From assembly GCF_001465295.1 (NCBI RefSeq), contig NZ_CP011035.1:600001-632000 (forward strand): a stretch of DNA of 32,000 nt, given 5' to 3'. Within the stretch, counting starts at the first letter, position 1; every line of letters begins with the position of its first letter. This document shows, piece after piece, positions 16,981 through 25,286 of this stretch. The position numbers and the translations under genes were made by a program. Source of the stretch: Pseudoalteromonas translucida KMM 520 (lineage in GTDB: Bacteria > Pseudomonadota > Gammaproteobacteria > Enterobacterales > Alteromonadaceae). The notes beneath the pieces were generated by a model that was not told the DNA's origin, searched no databases, and saw only the letters and a program-made list of their open reading frames with translations.

Positions 16981-17213
16981 GGTGTGGTTTCCTTACCATA
17001 ATTAAGGGAAGTAGAATTAGTAAACAGTGTAGTGTATTTAAAATTTATTTTTGCTGAACACTCCCCCACAACAATAGCTTTAATATGAAATTAAGTAGCT
17101 TGGTTTGAGCGCAGCGAAACCCAACGAAAAAAGGCAGCATCAATTAACCTAGGCGTTTTGCATTATCGATTGGTTGCTAAGTGCCAATTATTATCAGCAT
17201 TTTATGTTGCCGA

Positions 17214-17242
17214 TTGATTGCTTCTTATATGCCCTTTACAAT
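17214..17242 (+). promoter_or_regulatory. Sigma70-type promoter candidate for ccdAB (TTGATT-N17-TACAAT)
   Basis: -35 TTGATT (17214-17219), 17-nt spacer, -10 TACAAT (17237-17242), about 50 nt upstream of the ccdA ATG. A short inverted repeat atgcg...cgcat just downstream could be an operator. Confidence 0.5.
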
Positions 17243-17291
17243 GCGTATTAGAGTGCGCATACTTAATGCAATTATTATTTGGAGACTTGTT

Positions 17292-17537
17292 ATGAAAGTA
17301 TTATACGATTCTAATGCCCCCAAAAAAGCAACAAACCTTAGTTTAAATAGTGATTTACTAAAAAAAACAAGAGCACTTAACATCAATTTATCTGCGACTT
17401 TAGAGCAATCATTAAAAGATAAATTGAAAAGTATTGAAGCTAAAAAGTGGGTGAAAGAAAATAAAAATGCCATACAAGCCTACAATGACTTTGTCGAGGA
17501 GAAAGGATGTTTTGGTGATGAGTTTAGAGAGTTTTAA
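17292..17537 (+). CDS. ccdA: CcdA antitoxin
   Basis: 81 aa from the ATG at 17292 (GGAGA 7 nt upstream). The C-terminus (AYNDFVEEKGCFGDEFREF) resembles the CcdA C-terminal CcdB-binding segment. Stop overlaps the ccdB ATG (TAATG). Confidence 0.85.
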   Translation: MKVLYDSNAPKKATNLSLNSDLLKKTRALNINLSATLEQSLKDKLKSIEAKKWVKENKNAIQAYNDFVEEKGCFGDEFREF

Positions 17538-17854
17538 TGTCGCAATTTGACGTATATATAAATCCAAGTAAAAAAAGTCGTGAAGCATACCCGTTTATTA
17601 TTGATATTCAAAATGCATTAATTAGCGACATTACAACAAGAATTGTGATTCCATTAGGAAAATTCAATCATTTTAGAAGTGAGCAAATGGATGGCTTAAC
17701 TCCATTGATTAAGTATGAAGATGAACAATATGTTTTACTCACTCCTCAGATTGCTTCGATGCCATCTAAATTACTCAAAGACCCTGTTGGATCAGTTGTG
17801 TCATTAAGAGATGAGATTATTGCAGCGATCGACTTTGCTATTACGGGCATATAA
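17537..17854 (+). CDS. ccdB: CcdB toxin (gyrase poison family)
   Basis: 105-aa ORF. MSQFDVY...YPFIIDIQ...RIVIPL...EIIAAIDFAITGI closely parallels Vibrio/F-plasmid CcdB as I recall them. Confidence 0.85.
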   Translation: MSQFDVYINPSKKSREAYPFIIDIQNALISDITTRIVIPLGKFNHFRSEQMDGLTPLIKYEDEQYVLLTPQIASMPSKLLKDPVGSVVSLRDEIIAAIDFAITGI

Positions 17855-17971
17855 CATCTAACTGAACACGATTTTAGTGGTTTATAACACACCAAAAGAG
17901 GGCTAAGTTTAACTTTAACCAGCATGCGCTTATCACTCTTAACTACCATATATCAATTTACCCTGATCCCT

Positions 17972-18601
17972 TCAATACACATAACGACTAACCCCCACAT
18001 AGTGACAAACGCAGCCTGCAATAACAAATAAGTGCCAAATGGCGTGGCTAAATTGGGTGTTTTTGGCGCTGTAAAATACTGTGCCTAGGCTGTAAAAAAT
18101 GCCGCCGGCGAGTAGCCAATATAATGCGTTTACATTAATAACTAAGTAAAGCGGATAAATAATGGCGAGTGCAAACCAGCCCATCAGTAAGTAGGTGGCA
18201 AGGGAGACTTTTTTATTACCATTGTGAACTAAAGTTTTATACGCTACGCCAGCAAGTGCCACAGACCAAATAAAGGCGAGGGTTGCCCAAGACCAAACAC
18301 CCGTTAGCGACAGGTATAAAAAGGGGGTGTAAGTACCGGCAATAAGAATATAAATAGCACAGTGATCGCACTTTTTATAAAATGCCCTGAGCCTAGGTTG
18401 TACACTGGCGTGATATAAAGTAGATGATAAAAACAAAATAAAGATGCTGGTGCTATAAATCGTTGCACTTATATAGGCTTTAGTGCTACTTGATTGATTA
18501 AACAGATCCCACATTACCCAAATAGCAAATAACACACCTATTGCATGGCTAATTACATTGAGCTGCTCTTCTTTACGCGAATAGGGCGCATTCGATGACA
18601 T
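17972..18601 (-). CDS. Hemolysin III / PAQR family membrane protein
   Basis: 7-TM protein with family His motifs (NVISHAIG, STLYHA, HAIWHLFVIAG). The ATG at 18601 (AGGAT 8 nt upstream) is preferred over the GTG at 18616 in the ORF track. Confidence 0.8.
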   Translation of the reverse strand: MSSNAPYSRKEEQLNVISHAIGVLFAIWVMWDLFNQSSSTKAYISATIYSTSIFILFLSSTLYHASVQPRLRAFYKKCDHCAIYILIAGTYTPFLYLSLTGVWSWATLAFIWSVALAGVAYKTLVHNGNKKVSLATYLLMGWFALAIIYPLYLVINVNALYWLLAGGIFYSLGTVFYSAKNTQFSHAIWHLFVIAGCVCHYVGVSRYVY

Positions 18602-18770
18602 AACTGATCCTACCACTTTTAATTGTTTTCAGTGTACGTGTGTACGCTGAATCTTTCAATTATTATAAGCAAACATAAGGGCAAACTTTCGCTTGCTTTA
18701 AAGGCTCATTAATTCAATATGTTTTACTACAAAATAGGCTACACACTCAACTGTTACTTAAAGGAAAATT

Positions 18771-19112
18771 ATGCAAAAAAGCTTTAAAGCAGCATTACTT
18801 AGCGCTTTAATTTACCCAGGTGCTGGGCACTTTGCGTTACAAAAGCGTTTAATAGGCGCTATTTTTGCGGGAGTATTTTCGGTTTTACTACTGTTAACTT
18901 TACAAGATGCGTATGCAATGGCGCAATGCATAGCTAATGACATAGTAAACACAAGGGGCGGTGCTAGCTTTGATGATATTTTGGCAGCAGTAAAGCACCC
19001 ATCAGCGCACTGTGCAGTATTAGGGCAATACCAGTATATTTACTTAATGTTGGTTATTTGGTTTTTGAGCATAGTAGATGCTTACAGGTTAGGTAAAAAG
19101 GCGGTTAAATAA
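18771..19112 (+). CDS. Hypothetical small membrane protein (2-3 TM)
   Basis: 113-aa ORF with AAGGAAA Shine-Dalgarno. Hydrophobic segments at both ends. I recognise no family. Confidence 0.5.
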   Translation: MQKSFKAALLSALIYPGAGHFALQKRLIGAIFAGVFSVLLLLTLQDAYAMAQCIANDIVNTRGGASFDDILAAVKHPSAHCAVLGQYQYIYLMLVIWFLSIVDAYRLGKKAVK

Positions 19113-19269
19113 ACTGCGGTATTAGCGCATAAATACAGCGTGTTATATTAACTAAAATTTAGCTGAAAAGTTAAATTAATTAGTTATATTAACCAACGCT
19201 GAATTTTATGTGCGGCTGCTACTTTGTAAATGTATTGTATAAACAATCGGTTATGATTTTAATTTAGTG

Positions 19270-19284
19270 TGGCACATCCCTTGA
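19270..19284 (+). promoter_or_regulatory. Sigma54-like -24/-12 element (TGGCAC-N5-TTGA)
   Basis: TGGCACatcccTTGA, about 45 nt upstream of the ATG at 19329. -24 GG is present with correct spacing, but -12 reads GA rather than the consensus GC. No enhancer-binding-protein gene is in the window. Confidence 0.3.
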
Positions 19285-19328
19285 ATATGTAATTGAGTCG
19301 AAACAATACACAAACAAGGAAATCCATT

Positions 19329-19601
19329 ATGAAACATTCAATTAAAATCGCTATGGCAAGTTTATTAGTATTAGGTTCGTTGCAAGCAAAAGCAACCGAA
19401 GTTGACCTTGATGTAACTGATATGCTCACACAAACAATTACCAGCTATATATCGCAAACCACCATAGAGCTTGAAAAATCAATAAAAGACACGCTTACTT
19501 TTAATACTGAAACTATGCTAGGTAGCTGGTTAAGTGAGCCATTAATTGCCGATCTTCAAGCTGAAATTAAAACCGAAGATACCGTTAAACCAGCGCAATA
19601 A
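19329..19601 (+). CDS. Small exported acidic Thr-rich protein, unknown function
   Basis: The ATG at 19329 (AAGGAAA upstream) gives 90 aa with signal peptide MKHSIKIAMASLLVLGSLQAKA. The ORF-track TTG start at 19293 is less likely. Confidence 0.55.
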   Translation: MKHSIKIAMASLLVLGSLQAKATEVDLDVTDMLTQTITSYISQTTIELEKSIKDTLTFNTETMLGSWLSEPLIADLQAEIKTEDTVKPAQ

Positions 19602-19628
19602 TATACGCCAATTATAAGGAATAACCCT

Positions 19629-19742
19629 ATGAGCAGTGAATTTGGATTATTTGCTTTAATGCTTGCGCCGGTTATAAGTATGATCAGTGCTTATTATTCG
19701 GTGCAATTACTTAAAAGTATGGGAGCGTGGTTTAATATTTAA
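19629..19742 (+). CDS. 37-aa single-TM micro-protein (not in ORF track)
   Basis: AAGGA lies 8 nt upstream of the ATG. Translates to MSSEFGLFALMLAPVISMISAYYSVQLLKSMGAWFNI. Starts 27 nt after the preceding stop. Confidence 0.4.
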   Translation: MSSEFGLFALMLAPVISMISAYYSVQLLKSMGAWFNI

Positions 19743-19760
19743 CGTTGGTTTAATAAAAGC

Positions 19761-19786
19761 TGATCGACTTAGTTAAAGCGCACGTA
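19761..19786 (+). promoter_or_regulatory. ECF(ChrR-type) promoter-like box TGATCG-N16-CGTA
   Basis: Same architecture and spacer length as the boxes at 20407 and 29058. Lies 34 nt upstream of the ATG at 19821. Confidence 0.55.
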
Positions 19787-19820
19787 AATGAAGGCAGAAT
19801 GTTTTAAACAAGTAGACTTT

Positions 19821-20399
19821 ATGAAACGTGCGATTTTTCCATTACCCTTATTTATCCTTCCTGACGGTTATACGCGTTTGCGCATATTTGAACCTCGCTA
19901 TTTAAATATGGTTAAAAGCGCTTTAAAAGAAAACATTGGCTTTGTGCTTTGTAGTTTTGAGCACGACACGCCATTTAATATAAGCGCCCAAGGTTGCCTA
20001 ATGAACATTATTGACTTTGATCAAGATGATAATGGCATGCTGCTTATAGATGTGTGTGCTACTCAAAGTGTGCAAATAAACGATGTGTTTCAAGACGAGC
20101 AAGAACTGCGCTACGGTTTAATGTCGAACTGTAATACGCCTTATTGGTACACAGAGGCAAACAATAATATTGGCGAGCATAAACGCCTACAAGACACGCT
20201 ACGCGAAGTGTTTATTAATAACCCAGAGCTTAGTTCATTATATAAACAAACCTATTTTGATGAGCTTACTTGGGTTGCTGCTCGCTGGCTTGAGCTGTTA
20301 CCTATATCTATTGAGAAAAAACAGCAACTTGCGTTTGAAACTAACTTTGATAACTTACTAAGTTTCCTCCATACTGTGATTAATAACGAATTTGCCTAA
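19821..20399 (+). CDS. LON N-terminal (substrate-binding, PUA-like) domain-only protein
   Basis: MKRAIFPLPLFILPDGYTRLRIFEPRYLNMV is the typical start of Lon N-domain proteins. 192 aa with no AAA+ or protease domain. The ORF-track start at 19788 overlaps or lies upstream of the predicted transcription start. Confidence 0.7.
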   Translation: MKRAIFPLPLFILPDGYTRLRIFEPRYLNMVKSALKENIGFVLCSFEHDTPFNISAQGCLMNIIDFDQDDNGMLLIDVCATQSVQINDVFQDEQELRYGLMSNCNTPYWYTEANNNIGEHKRLQDTLREVFINNPELSSLYKQTYFDELTWVAARWLELLPISIEKKQQLAFETNFDNLLSFLHTVINNEFA

Positions 20400-20406
20400 T
20401 TTAATT

Positions 20407-20432
20407 TGATCCTTATTTAATTATTGCCCGTA
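20407..20432 (+). promoter_or_regulatory. Autoregulatory ECF(ChrR-type) promoter TGATCC-N16-CGTA
   Basis: TGATCC ttatttaattattgcc CGTA, 36 nt upstream of the sigma-factor ATG. Matches my recollection of the R. sphaeroides RpoE-ChrR promoter (-35 TGATCC, -10 containing CGTA). Confidence 0.7.
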
Positions 20433-20468
20433 TTTACAAGTACTAAAGCAATAACGGGATAAATTACT

Positions 20469-21092
20469 ATGGTAAGTCAACAACAATCACTACGTTGTGA
20501 ACCTAATACAGGTAAGTATACTGCCATGCCAGAAACGCCAAGTAAGGAATTGATGCAAGCATTAATTGATGTTGCACAAAGCCGCGATAAAAAAGCATTT
20601 GCTTATTTATTTGAATATTTTTCGCCAAAAATTAAACGTTTTGGTATCAAGCAATTTGGTATTGAAGCTCAAGCAATGGAGTTAGTGCAAGAAACACTAA
20701 CATCGGTTTGGCGTAAAGCACATTTGTACAATAGTGACAAAGGGGCTGCGACTACTTGGGTTTATACGGTAATGCGAAACGCTTCGTTTGATATGCTGCG
20801 CAAAATGAAAAGCAATAAAGAAGAAAATATCAGCGAAGATATTTGGCCGTTATTGAACGAATCGCAAAATTCACATCACGAATACACAGATCATTTAGAA
20901 GATAAGCAAATTAAACGCTACCTTGAAAAGCTACCAGTAGCTCAGCGAGAAGTAGTACGAGGTGTTTATTTTCAAGATATGTCGCAAGAACAACTTGCGC
21001 AACAACTTAATATTCCAGTAGGCACGGTAAAATCACGGTTACGTTTAGCCTTGCAAAAATTACGTAATGAAATGGGAGATCAGCATGATTAA
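20469..21092 (+). CDS. ECF sigma factor, ChrR-partner type
   Basis: 207-aa ORF (alternative ATG at 20526). Sigma70 region 2 (LVQETLTSVWRKAHLY, TWVYTVMRNASFDMLR) and region 4 (QREVVRGVYFQDMSQEQLAQQLNIPVGTVKSRL). 3' end overlaps the chrR start by 8 nt. Confidence 0.9.
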   Translation: MVSQQQSLRCEPNTGKYTAMPETPSKELMQALIDVAQSRDKKAFAYLFEYFSPKIKRFGIKQFGIEAQAMELVQETLTSVWRKAHLYNSDKGAATTWVYTVMRNASFDMLRKMKSNKEENISEDIWPLLNESQNSHHEYTDHLEDKQIKRYLEKLPVAQREVVRGVYFQDMSQEQLAQQLNIPVGTVKSRLRLALQKLRNEMGDQHD

Positions 21093-21759
21093 ACATCACC
21101 CGAGTGATACCTTACTTACACAATATTGCAGTGCATCACTTAGCGCCTCGTTAAGTTTAGCAGTGTCTATACACGTAGATATGTGCCCGGTATGCCAAGC
21201 AAAAGTGACAAAGCTTGAAGCTAAGAATGCAGCCGAAGTGTTTAATGATGCATTACCAATAGAAGCAGATGCTGATACTAATGGTTATTTTGAGCAAGAA
21301 AGCTCAAGCTTATTTGATTTAATAACCAGCGATACCAGTATTGATGAAGTATACGAAGTTGAACCAATTGCTGTTGAAATAAACCAGCAAAATTATCAAC
21401 TGCCGCGTGCTTTAACACGTATATCGCACAGCAAATTTACGCAAGTTGGCAAATTAGCACGCTCGCGCGTTGCCCTAGATGATGGCCCATTACGTACCAG
21501 TTTATTGCACATTGCTGCTGGTGGCGAAATACCAGAGCATACTCATACCGGATTTGAGATTACTTTGTTACTAAACGGCGAGTTTAGCGACGAAGAGGGT
21601 AGCTACGTACCGGGCGACTTTATTTGGCAAGATGGTAGCCATCAGCACACACCGGTAACAAAAGAAGGCTGTTTATGCTTTACAGTAGTCAGTAGTGCGC
21701 TACATTTTAATAAAGGGCTGAGTAAGTTACTTAACCCAATTGGTAATTTAATTTACTAA
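21085..21759 (+). CDS. chrR: ChrR-family anti-sigma factor (zinc-binding ASD + C-terminal cupin)
   Basis: The ATG at 21085 (MIKHHPSD) gives 224 aa. H-x3-C-x2-C motif (HVDMCPVC). The cupin-like C-terminus has EHTHTG...E...H. Confidence 0.85.
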   Translation: MIKHHPSDTLLTQYCSASLSASLSLAVSIHVDMCPVCQAKVTKLEAKNAAEVFNDALPIEADADTNGYFEQESSSLFDLITSDTSIDEVYEVEPIAVEINQQNYQLPRALTRISHSKFTQVGKLARSRVALDDGPLRTSLLHIAAGGEIPEHTHTGFEITLLLNGEFSDEEGSYVPGDFIWQDGSHQHTPVTKEGCLCFTVVSSALHFNKGLSKLLNPIGNLIY

Positions 21760-21783
21760 TATAAACAGTTTATTAGGGATATT

Positions 21784-22737
21784 ATGCAAGCTGATACAAT
21801 TAAAATAGGCATTAGTGCCTGTTTAGCAGGCGAAAAAGTGCGTTTTGACACAGGCCATAAACGCTCAAACTTTTGTATGGATGAGTTTGCAAAGCATGTT
21901 GAATATACGCGCTTTTGCCCAGAGGTTGCGGTGGGTTTACCTATTCCAAGGCCAACTATTCGTCAAGTACGAGTAGGCGATACAATAAAAGTGTGTCGCC
22001 CTGATGGTTCTGGCGATGTTGGGCCACAACTTACTGCCTATGGTATTAAAGTAGCTACCGAACAAGCTAAAGAGTTAAGCGGCTTTGTATTTTGTGCTAA
22101 AAGCCCAAGCTGTGGTATGGAACGTATTAAAATATACAACGAAGCGGGCACTGGTAACACATCAGAAGGTGTTGGTTTTTTTGCAGAGCAAATAATGAAA
22201 CACAATCCATTATTACCGTGCGAAGAAAATGGTCGCCTGAACGACATGCACTTGCGTGAAAACTTTGTAATGCGAGTGTATACATTTAAAAATTGGCAAA
22301 AATTAATACAACAACCGCTGAACGTTCATCGCTTAACCCAGTTTCATTCGCAATATAAATACTTGTTAATGGCTCATAATTATCAAGCTTACCGCGACCT
22401 AGGTCATCTGTTGGGCACGTTTTTAGGTGATGACGTAACTGAGCTTGCTGATAAGTACATTTTAGGTTTGATGAATGGCCTTAAAAAACCGGCTTCACGC
22501 AAAAATAATTGTAATACCTTAATGCACTTACAGGGCTACTTTAAAAAAGATTTATCGTCAGTCGAAAAGCAAGAGATGCGAGAAGCAATTGATGAATACA
22601 GCGAGGGTTTAGTGCCTCTTTACGTGCCACTTACTTTGTTAAAGCATCATTTAAAAGTTCACCCTAATGAGTATCTTGAAAAACAAGTGTTTTTTAATCC
22701 TTATCCTCATGAGCTAAAACTACGCTACGGTATTTAA
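21784..22737 (+). CDS. DUF523-DUF1722 fusion protein (YbgA-like)
   Basis: 317-aa ORF directly upstream of, and overlapping, the photolyase start (TAATG), like E. coli ybgA-phr. N-terminus IGISACLAGEKVRFDGHK is typical of DUF523. Confidence 0.75.
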   Translation: MQADTIKIGISACLAGEKVRFDTGHKRSNFCMDEFAKHVEYTRFCPEVAVGLPIPRPTIRQVRVGDTIKVCRPDGSGDVGPQLTAYGIKVATEQAKELSGFVFCAKSPSCGMERIKIYNEAGTGNTSEGVGFFAEQIMKHNPLLPCEENGRLNDMHLRENFVMRVYTFKNWQKLIQQPLNVHRLTQFHSQYKYLLMAHNYQAYRDLGHLLGTFLGDDVTELADKYILGLMNGLKKPASRKNNCNTLMHLQGYFKKDLSSVEKQEMREAIDEYSEGLVPLYVPLTLLKHHLKVHPNEYLEKQVFFNPYPHELKLRYGI

Positions 22738-24143
22738 TGAACACACTATTTTGGTTTAGGCGCGATTTGCGCCTTTTTTCTAATGAGGCGCTAATTCAAG
22801 CGCTTAATAATGGCGCTAAACACGCTGTTTTTTTTATCTGCGAAAAACAATGGCAGCTGCATCAAGCCGCGCCAATACAAATTGACTTACTTAAACGTCG
22901 TATTACTTATCTGCACCAGCAACTTGCTGATCACGGTATTACCTTACACATTATTGACGCACCATACTTTACTGATTGCGAAACTCAACTCATTGATTTT
23001 TGTAAGGCTAATAATGTTCAGCAGGTAATTGCTAATACCGAGTATGAGCTAAACGAAGTAAACCGCGACAAAGCTATTTTAGCAAAGTGCGATGAGCTTT
23101 CTATTACGTTTACTTTGTACGAAGGCGATTTAATTGCCCCGGTAGGTAGCGTTAAAAACCAAAGCAATGAAATGTACAAAGTATTTACGCCATTTAAACG
23201 CGCTTGGTTAAAGCAGTACATTGAGGTGCATTTTTCTTTGCCGCAGTGGCCTGTAGAGCACGTTAGCGGCGCTGAGCAGTTAAGCACAAATGAAGCTAAT
23301 TTACTCAAAGGCGATAGCAGCTCTGAAAAATGGCCTGTTGATGATAAAACATTGGCCACTGTAGTTGATAACTTTATTTGCGATAAACTAACAAGTTACG
23401 ACGATCACCGTGATATTCCCAGTATTAAAGGCACCTCAGGCCTCAGCCCTTATTTAGCGTTAGGTATTATTAGTACTAAGCAATTATTAATAAATATACA
23501 GCAGCGCTACCCCGATATTTTAAGCACTTCGAAAAGCAAAACCTTTACTTGGGTTAATGAGCTTATTTGGCGTGAATTTTATAGGCATTTAATTGCGCAA
23601 TTTCCAAAGCTTTCGCGTGGCGATAACTTTAACGAAAAGTATAACGCGGTAGTTTGGCGCAGTAGCGATGACGACTTTAAAGCATGGTGCGAAGGCCGCA
23701 CAGGTTACCCGCTTGTTGACGCTGCCATGAGGCAATTGTTGCAAACCGGGTGGATGCATAACCGTTTACGCATGGTGGTTGCTAGCTTTTTAACTAAACA
23801 CCTACTTATAGATTGGCGCAAAGGCGAGCGCTTTTTTATGCAACACCTAATAGATGGCGATTTGGCCTCTAATAATGGTGGCTGGCAGTGGGCGGCAAGT
23901 ACGGGGTGCGATGCACAGCCTTACTTTAGAGTTTTTAATCCTATAAGACAAAGTGAACGCTTTGATCCAAACGGCGAATTTATTCGTAAATACATACCAG
24001 AGCTTGAAAACGTGCCAGATAAACACATTCACTTTCCACATAGTTATTTAGCCTCATTGGGGCAAAGTGGTTCGTGTTACTGGCCAGCAATTGTTGATCA
24101 TAAAGCGGCGCGAGAGCGTGCCCTAGCAGCATTTAAGGTATGA
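22737..24143 (+). CDS. phrB: Deoxyribodipyrimidine photolyase (class I CPD type)
   Basis: 468-aa ORF. Contains LFWFRRDLRL, WREFY, TGYPLVDAAMRQL, GWMHNRLRMVVASFL, DGDLASNNGGWQW and YFRVFNP. Confidence 0.9.
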   Translation: MNTLFWFRRDLRLFSNEALIQALNNGAKHAVFFICEKQWQLHQAAPIQIDLLKRRITYLHQQLADHGITLHIIDAPYFTDCETQLIDFCKANNVQQVIANTEYELNEVNRDKAILAKCDELSITFTLYEGDLIAPVGSVKNQSNEMYKVFTPFKRAWLKQYIEVHFSLPQWPVEHVSGAEQLSTNEANLLKGDSSSEKWPVDDKTLATVVDNFICDKLTSYDDHRDIPSIKGTSGLSPYLALGIISTKQLLINIQQRYPDILSTSKSKTFTWVNELIWREFYRHLIAQFPKLSRGDNFNEKYNAVVWRSSDDDFKAWCEGRTGYPLVDAAMRQLLQTGWMHNRLRMVVASFLTKHLLIDWRKGERFFMQHLIDGDLASNNGGWQWAASTGCDAQPYFRVFNPIRQSERFDPNGEFIRKYIPELENVPDKHIHFPHSYLASLGQSGSCYWPAIVDHKAARERALAAFKV

Positions 24144-24144
24144 T

Positions 24145-24573
24145 ATGGATAACCAGTTACCAGTAGATAAGTTTGTAGATATATATCAAAAACTTAATAA
24201 TAGTAACCTTGATTTACTAAGTGAAATTTACTGCGACGATATACAATTTACCGACCCAATGCACAACATTAATGGCATTGTTGATCTGCGTAAATACTTT
24301 GCTAATTTGTATAGCAATGTTACGCATTGCCAGTTTGATATAACCGACTCGTTTAGTGTTGCCAATAGCGCCTTTGTGTATTGGAGTATGTATTATGTGC
24401 ATCCTAAATTAGCCTCAGGAAACACCATTACTGTGCAGGGGCACAGTAAGCTTACATTTAACGGTGACAAAATAATTGAGCACCGCGACTATTTTAACGT
24501 AGGCGAGCTGCTGTATAAGCATATTCCTTTATTAGGCAGTGTTATTAGGCTTATAGATAAAAGGGCGGGCTAA
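24145..24573 (+). CDS. NTF2/SnoaL-like fold protein
   Basis: 142-aa ORF starting 1 nt after the phrB stop. Its size and its position between phrB and the SDR gene match the nuclear-transport-factor-2-family gene I recall in this conserved cluster. Confidence 0.55.
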   Translation: MDNQLPVDKFVDIYQKLNNSNLDLLSEIYCDDIQFTDPMHNINGIVDLRKYFANLYSNVTHCQFDITDSFSVANSAFVYWSMYYVHPKLASGNTITVQGHSKLTFNGDKIIEHRDYFNVGELLYKHIPLLGSVIRLIDKRAG

Positions 24574-24575
24574 TT

Positions 24576-25286
24576 ATGATCACACTTATTACCGGTGCTA
24601 CCTCAGGTATTGGCGAGCAACTAGCAATAAAATATGCTGAGCAGGGCGATACTGTTATTGCTTGCGGTCGAAACAGTGAAAAGTTAGCTGAGCTTGCTAA
24701 GCATAACAATATTCAAACCTGCCAATTTGATGCCACAAACTTACAACAAATAAAATCGGCTACCATTGGCTTTGCTCATTTTGATCGGGTCATACTCAAT
24801 GCTGGTAACTGCGAATACGTTGACGATGCACGAAATTTTGACAGCGCCTTATTTGAGCGGGTCATTAGCGTTAATTTACTGGCTATGGGGTATTGCTTAG
24901 AAGCTTTATTACCTAAAATAAATAGCGGTGGCCAGCTGGTGCTAGTCAGCTCAAGCGTAACCTACTTAGCACTACCGCGCTCAGAGGCGTATGGCGCATC
25001 TAAAGCAGGTGTAAGCTACTTGGCTAAAAGTTTAGCAATTGATTTAAATGACGTTGATGTAACCTTAGTGCATCCTGGTTTTGTTAAAACGCCTCTAACG
25101 AATAAAAATGACTTTCCTATGCCTATGGCCGTTACGGCGAAAAAAGCGGCAGACTACATGATAAAAGGCATACACAAGCGCCGTAAAGAAGTGCATTTTC
25201 CGTATCGTTTTACACTTATATTAAAAGCACTACGCATATTACCATTGCCATTGTGGCTCAAAATTGCAAAAGGACTAGCGCGTTGA
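24576..25286 (+). CDS. Short-chain dehydrogenase/reductase (SDR)
   Basis: 236-aa ORF with TGATSGIG cofactor motif and YGASKAG catalytic Y-x3-K. Confidence 0.85.
   Translation: MITLITGATSGIGEQLAIKYAEQGDTVIACGRNSEKLAELAKHNNIQTCQFDATNLQQIKSATIGFAHFDRVILNAGNCEYVDDARNFDSALFERVISVNLLAMGYCLEALLPKINSGGQLVLVSSSVTYLALPRSEAYGASKAGVSYLAKSLAIDLNDVDVTLVHPGFVKTPLTNKNDFPMPMAVTAKKAADYMIKGIHKRRKEVHFPYRFTLILKALRILPLPLWLKIAKGLAR

Noticed and set aside
17100-17124. Hairpin ttggttt-gagcgcagcg-aaacccaa upstream of ccdAB as an orphan terminator
   Set aside because: The stem has a bulge and the T/A tract is on the wrong side for termination on either strand. I found no second copy in the window to call it a repeat element.
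17181-17291. ORF-track N-terminal extension of ccdA (118-aa version)
   Set aside because: The extension starts upstream of the TTGATT-N17-TACAAT promoter, is not CcdA-like and lacks a Shine-Dalgarno. The ATG at 17292 has GGAGA and gives a canonical-length antitoxin.
17855-17971. Possible integron attC site after ccdB (ATCTAAC fits the inverse core RYYYAAC)
   Set aside because: I found no matching GTTRRRY core downstream, no extended imperfect palindrome, and no intI or neighbouring cassettes. It is probably a chance match in AT-rich DNA.
18605-18630. TGATCC at the hlyIII start (also TGATCC at 8016 and GGATCA at 11046 and 17789)
   Set aside because: There is no CGTA at the N16 position on the relevant strand, so these are isolated hexamers.
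24095-24120. Fourth ChrR-type box TGATCA-N16-CGTG at the end of phrB
   Set aside because: It has two mismatches in the most conserved positions (TGATCC and CGTA), lies inside a CDS, and is only 1 nt from a tightly coupled downstream gene. It is kept only as a weak candidate.
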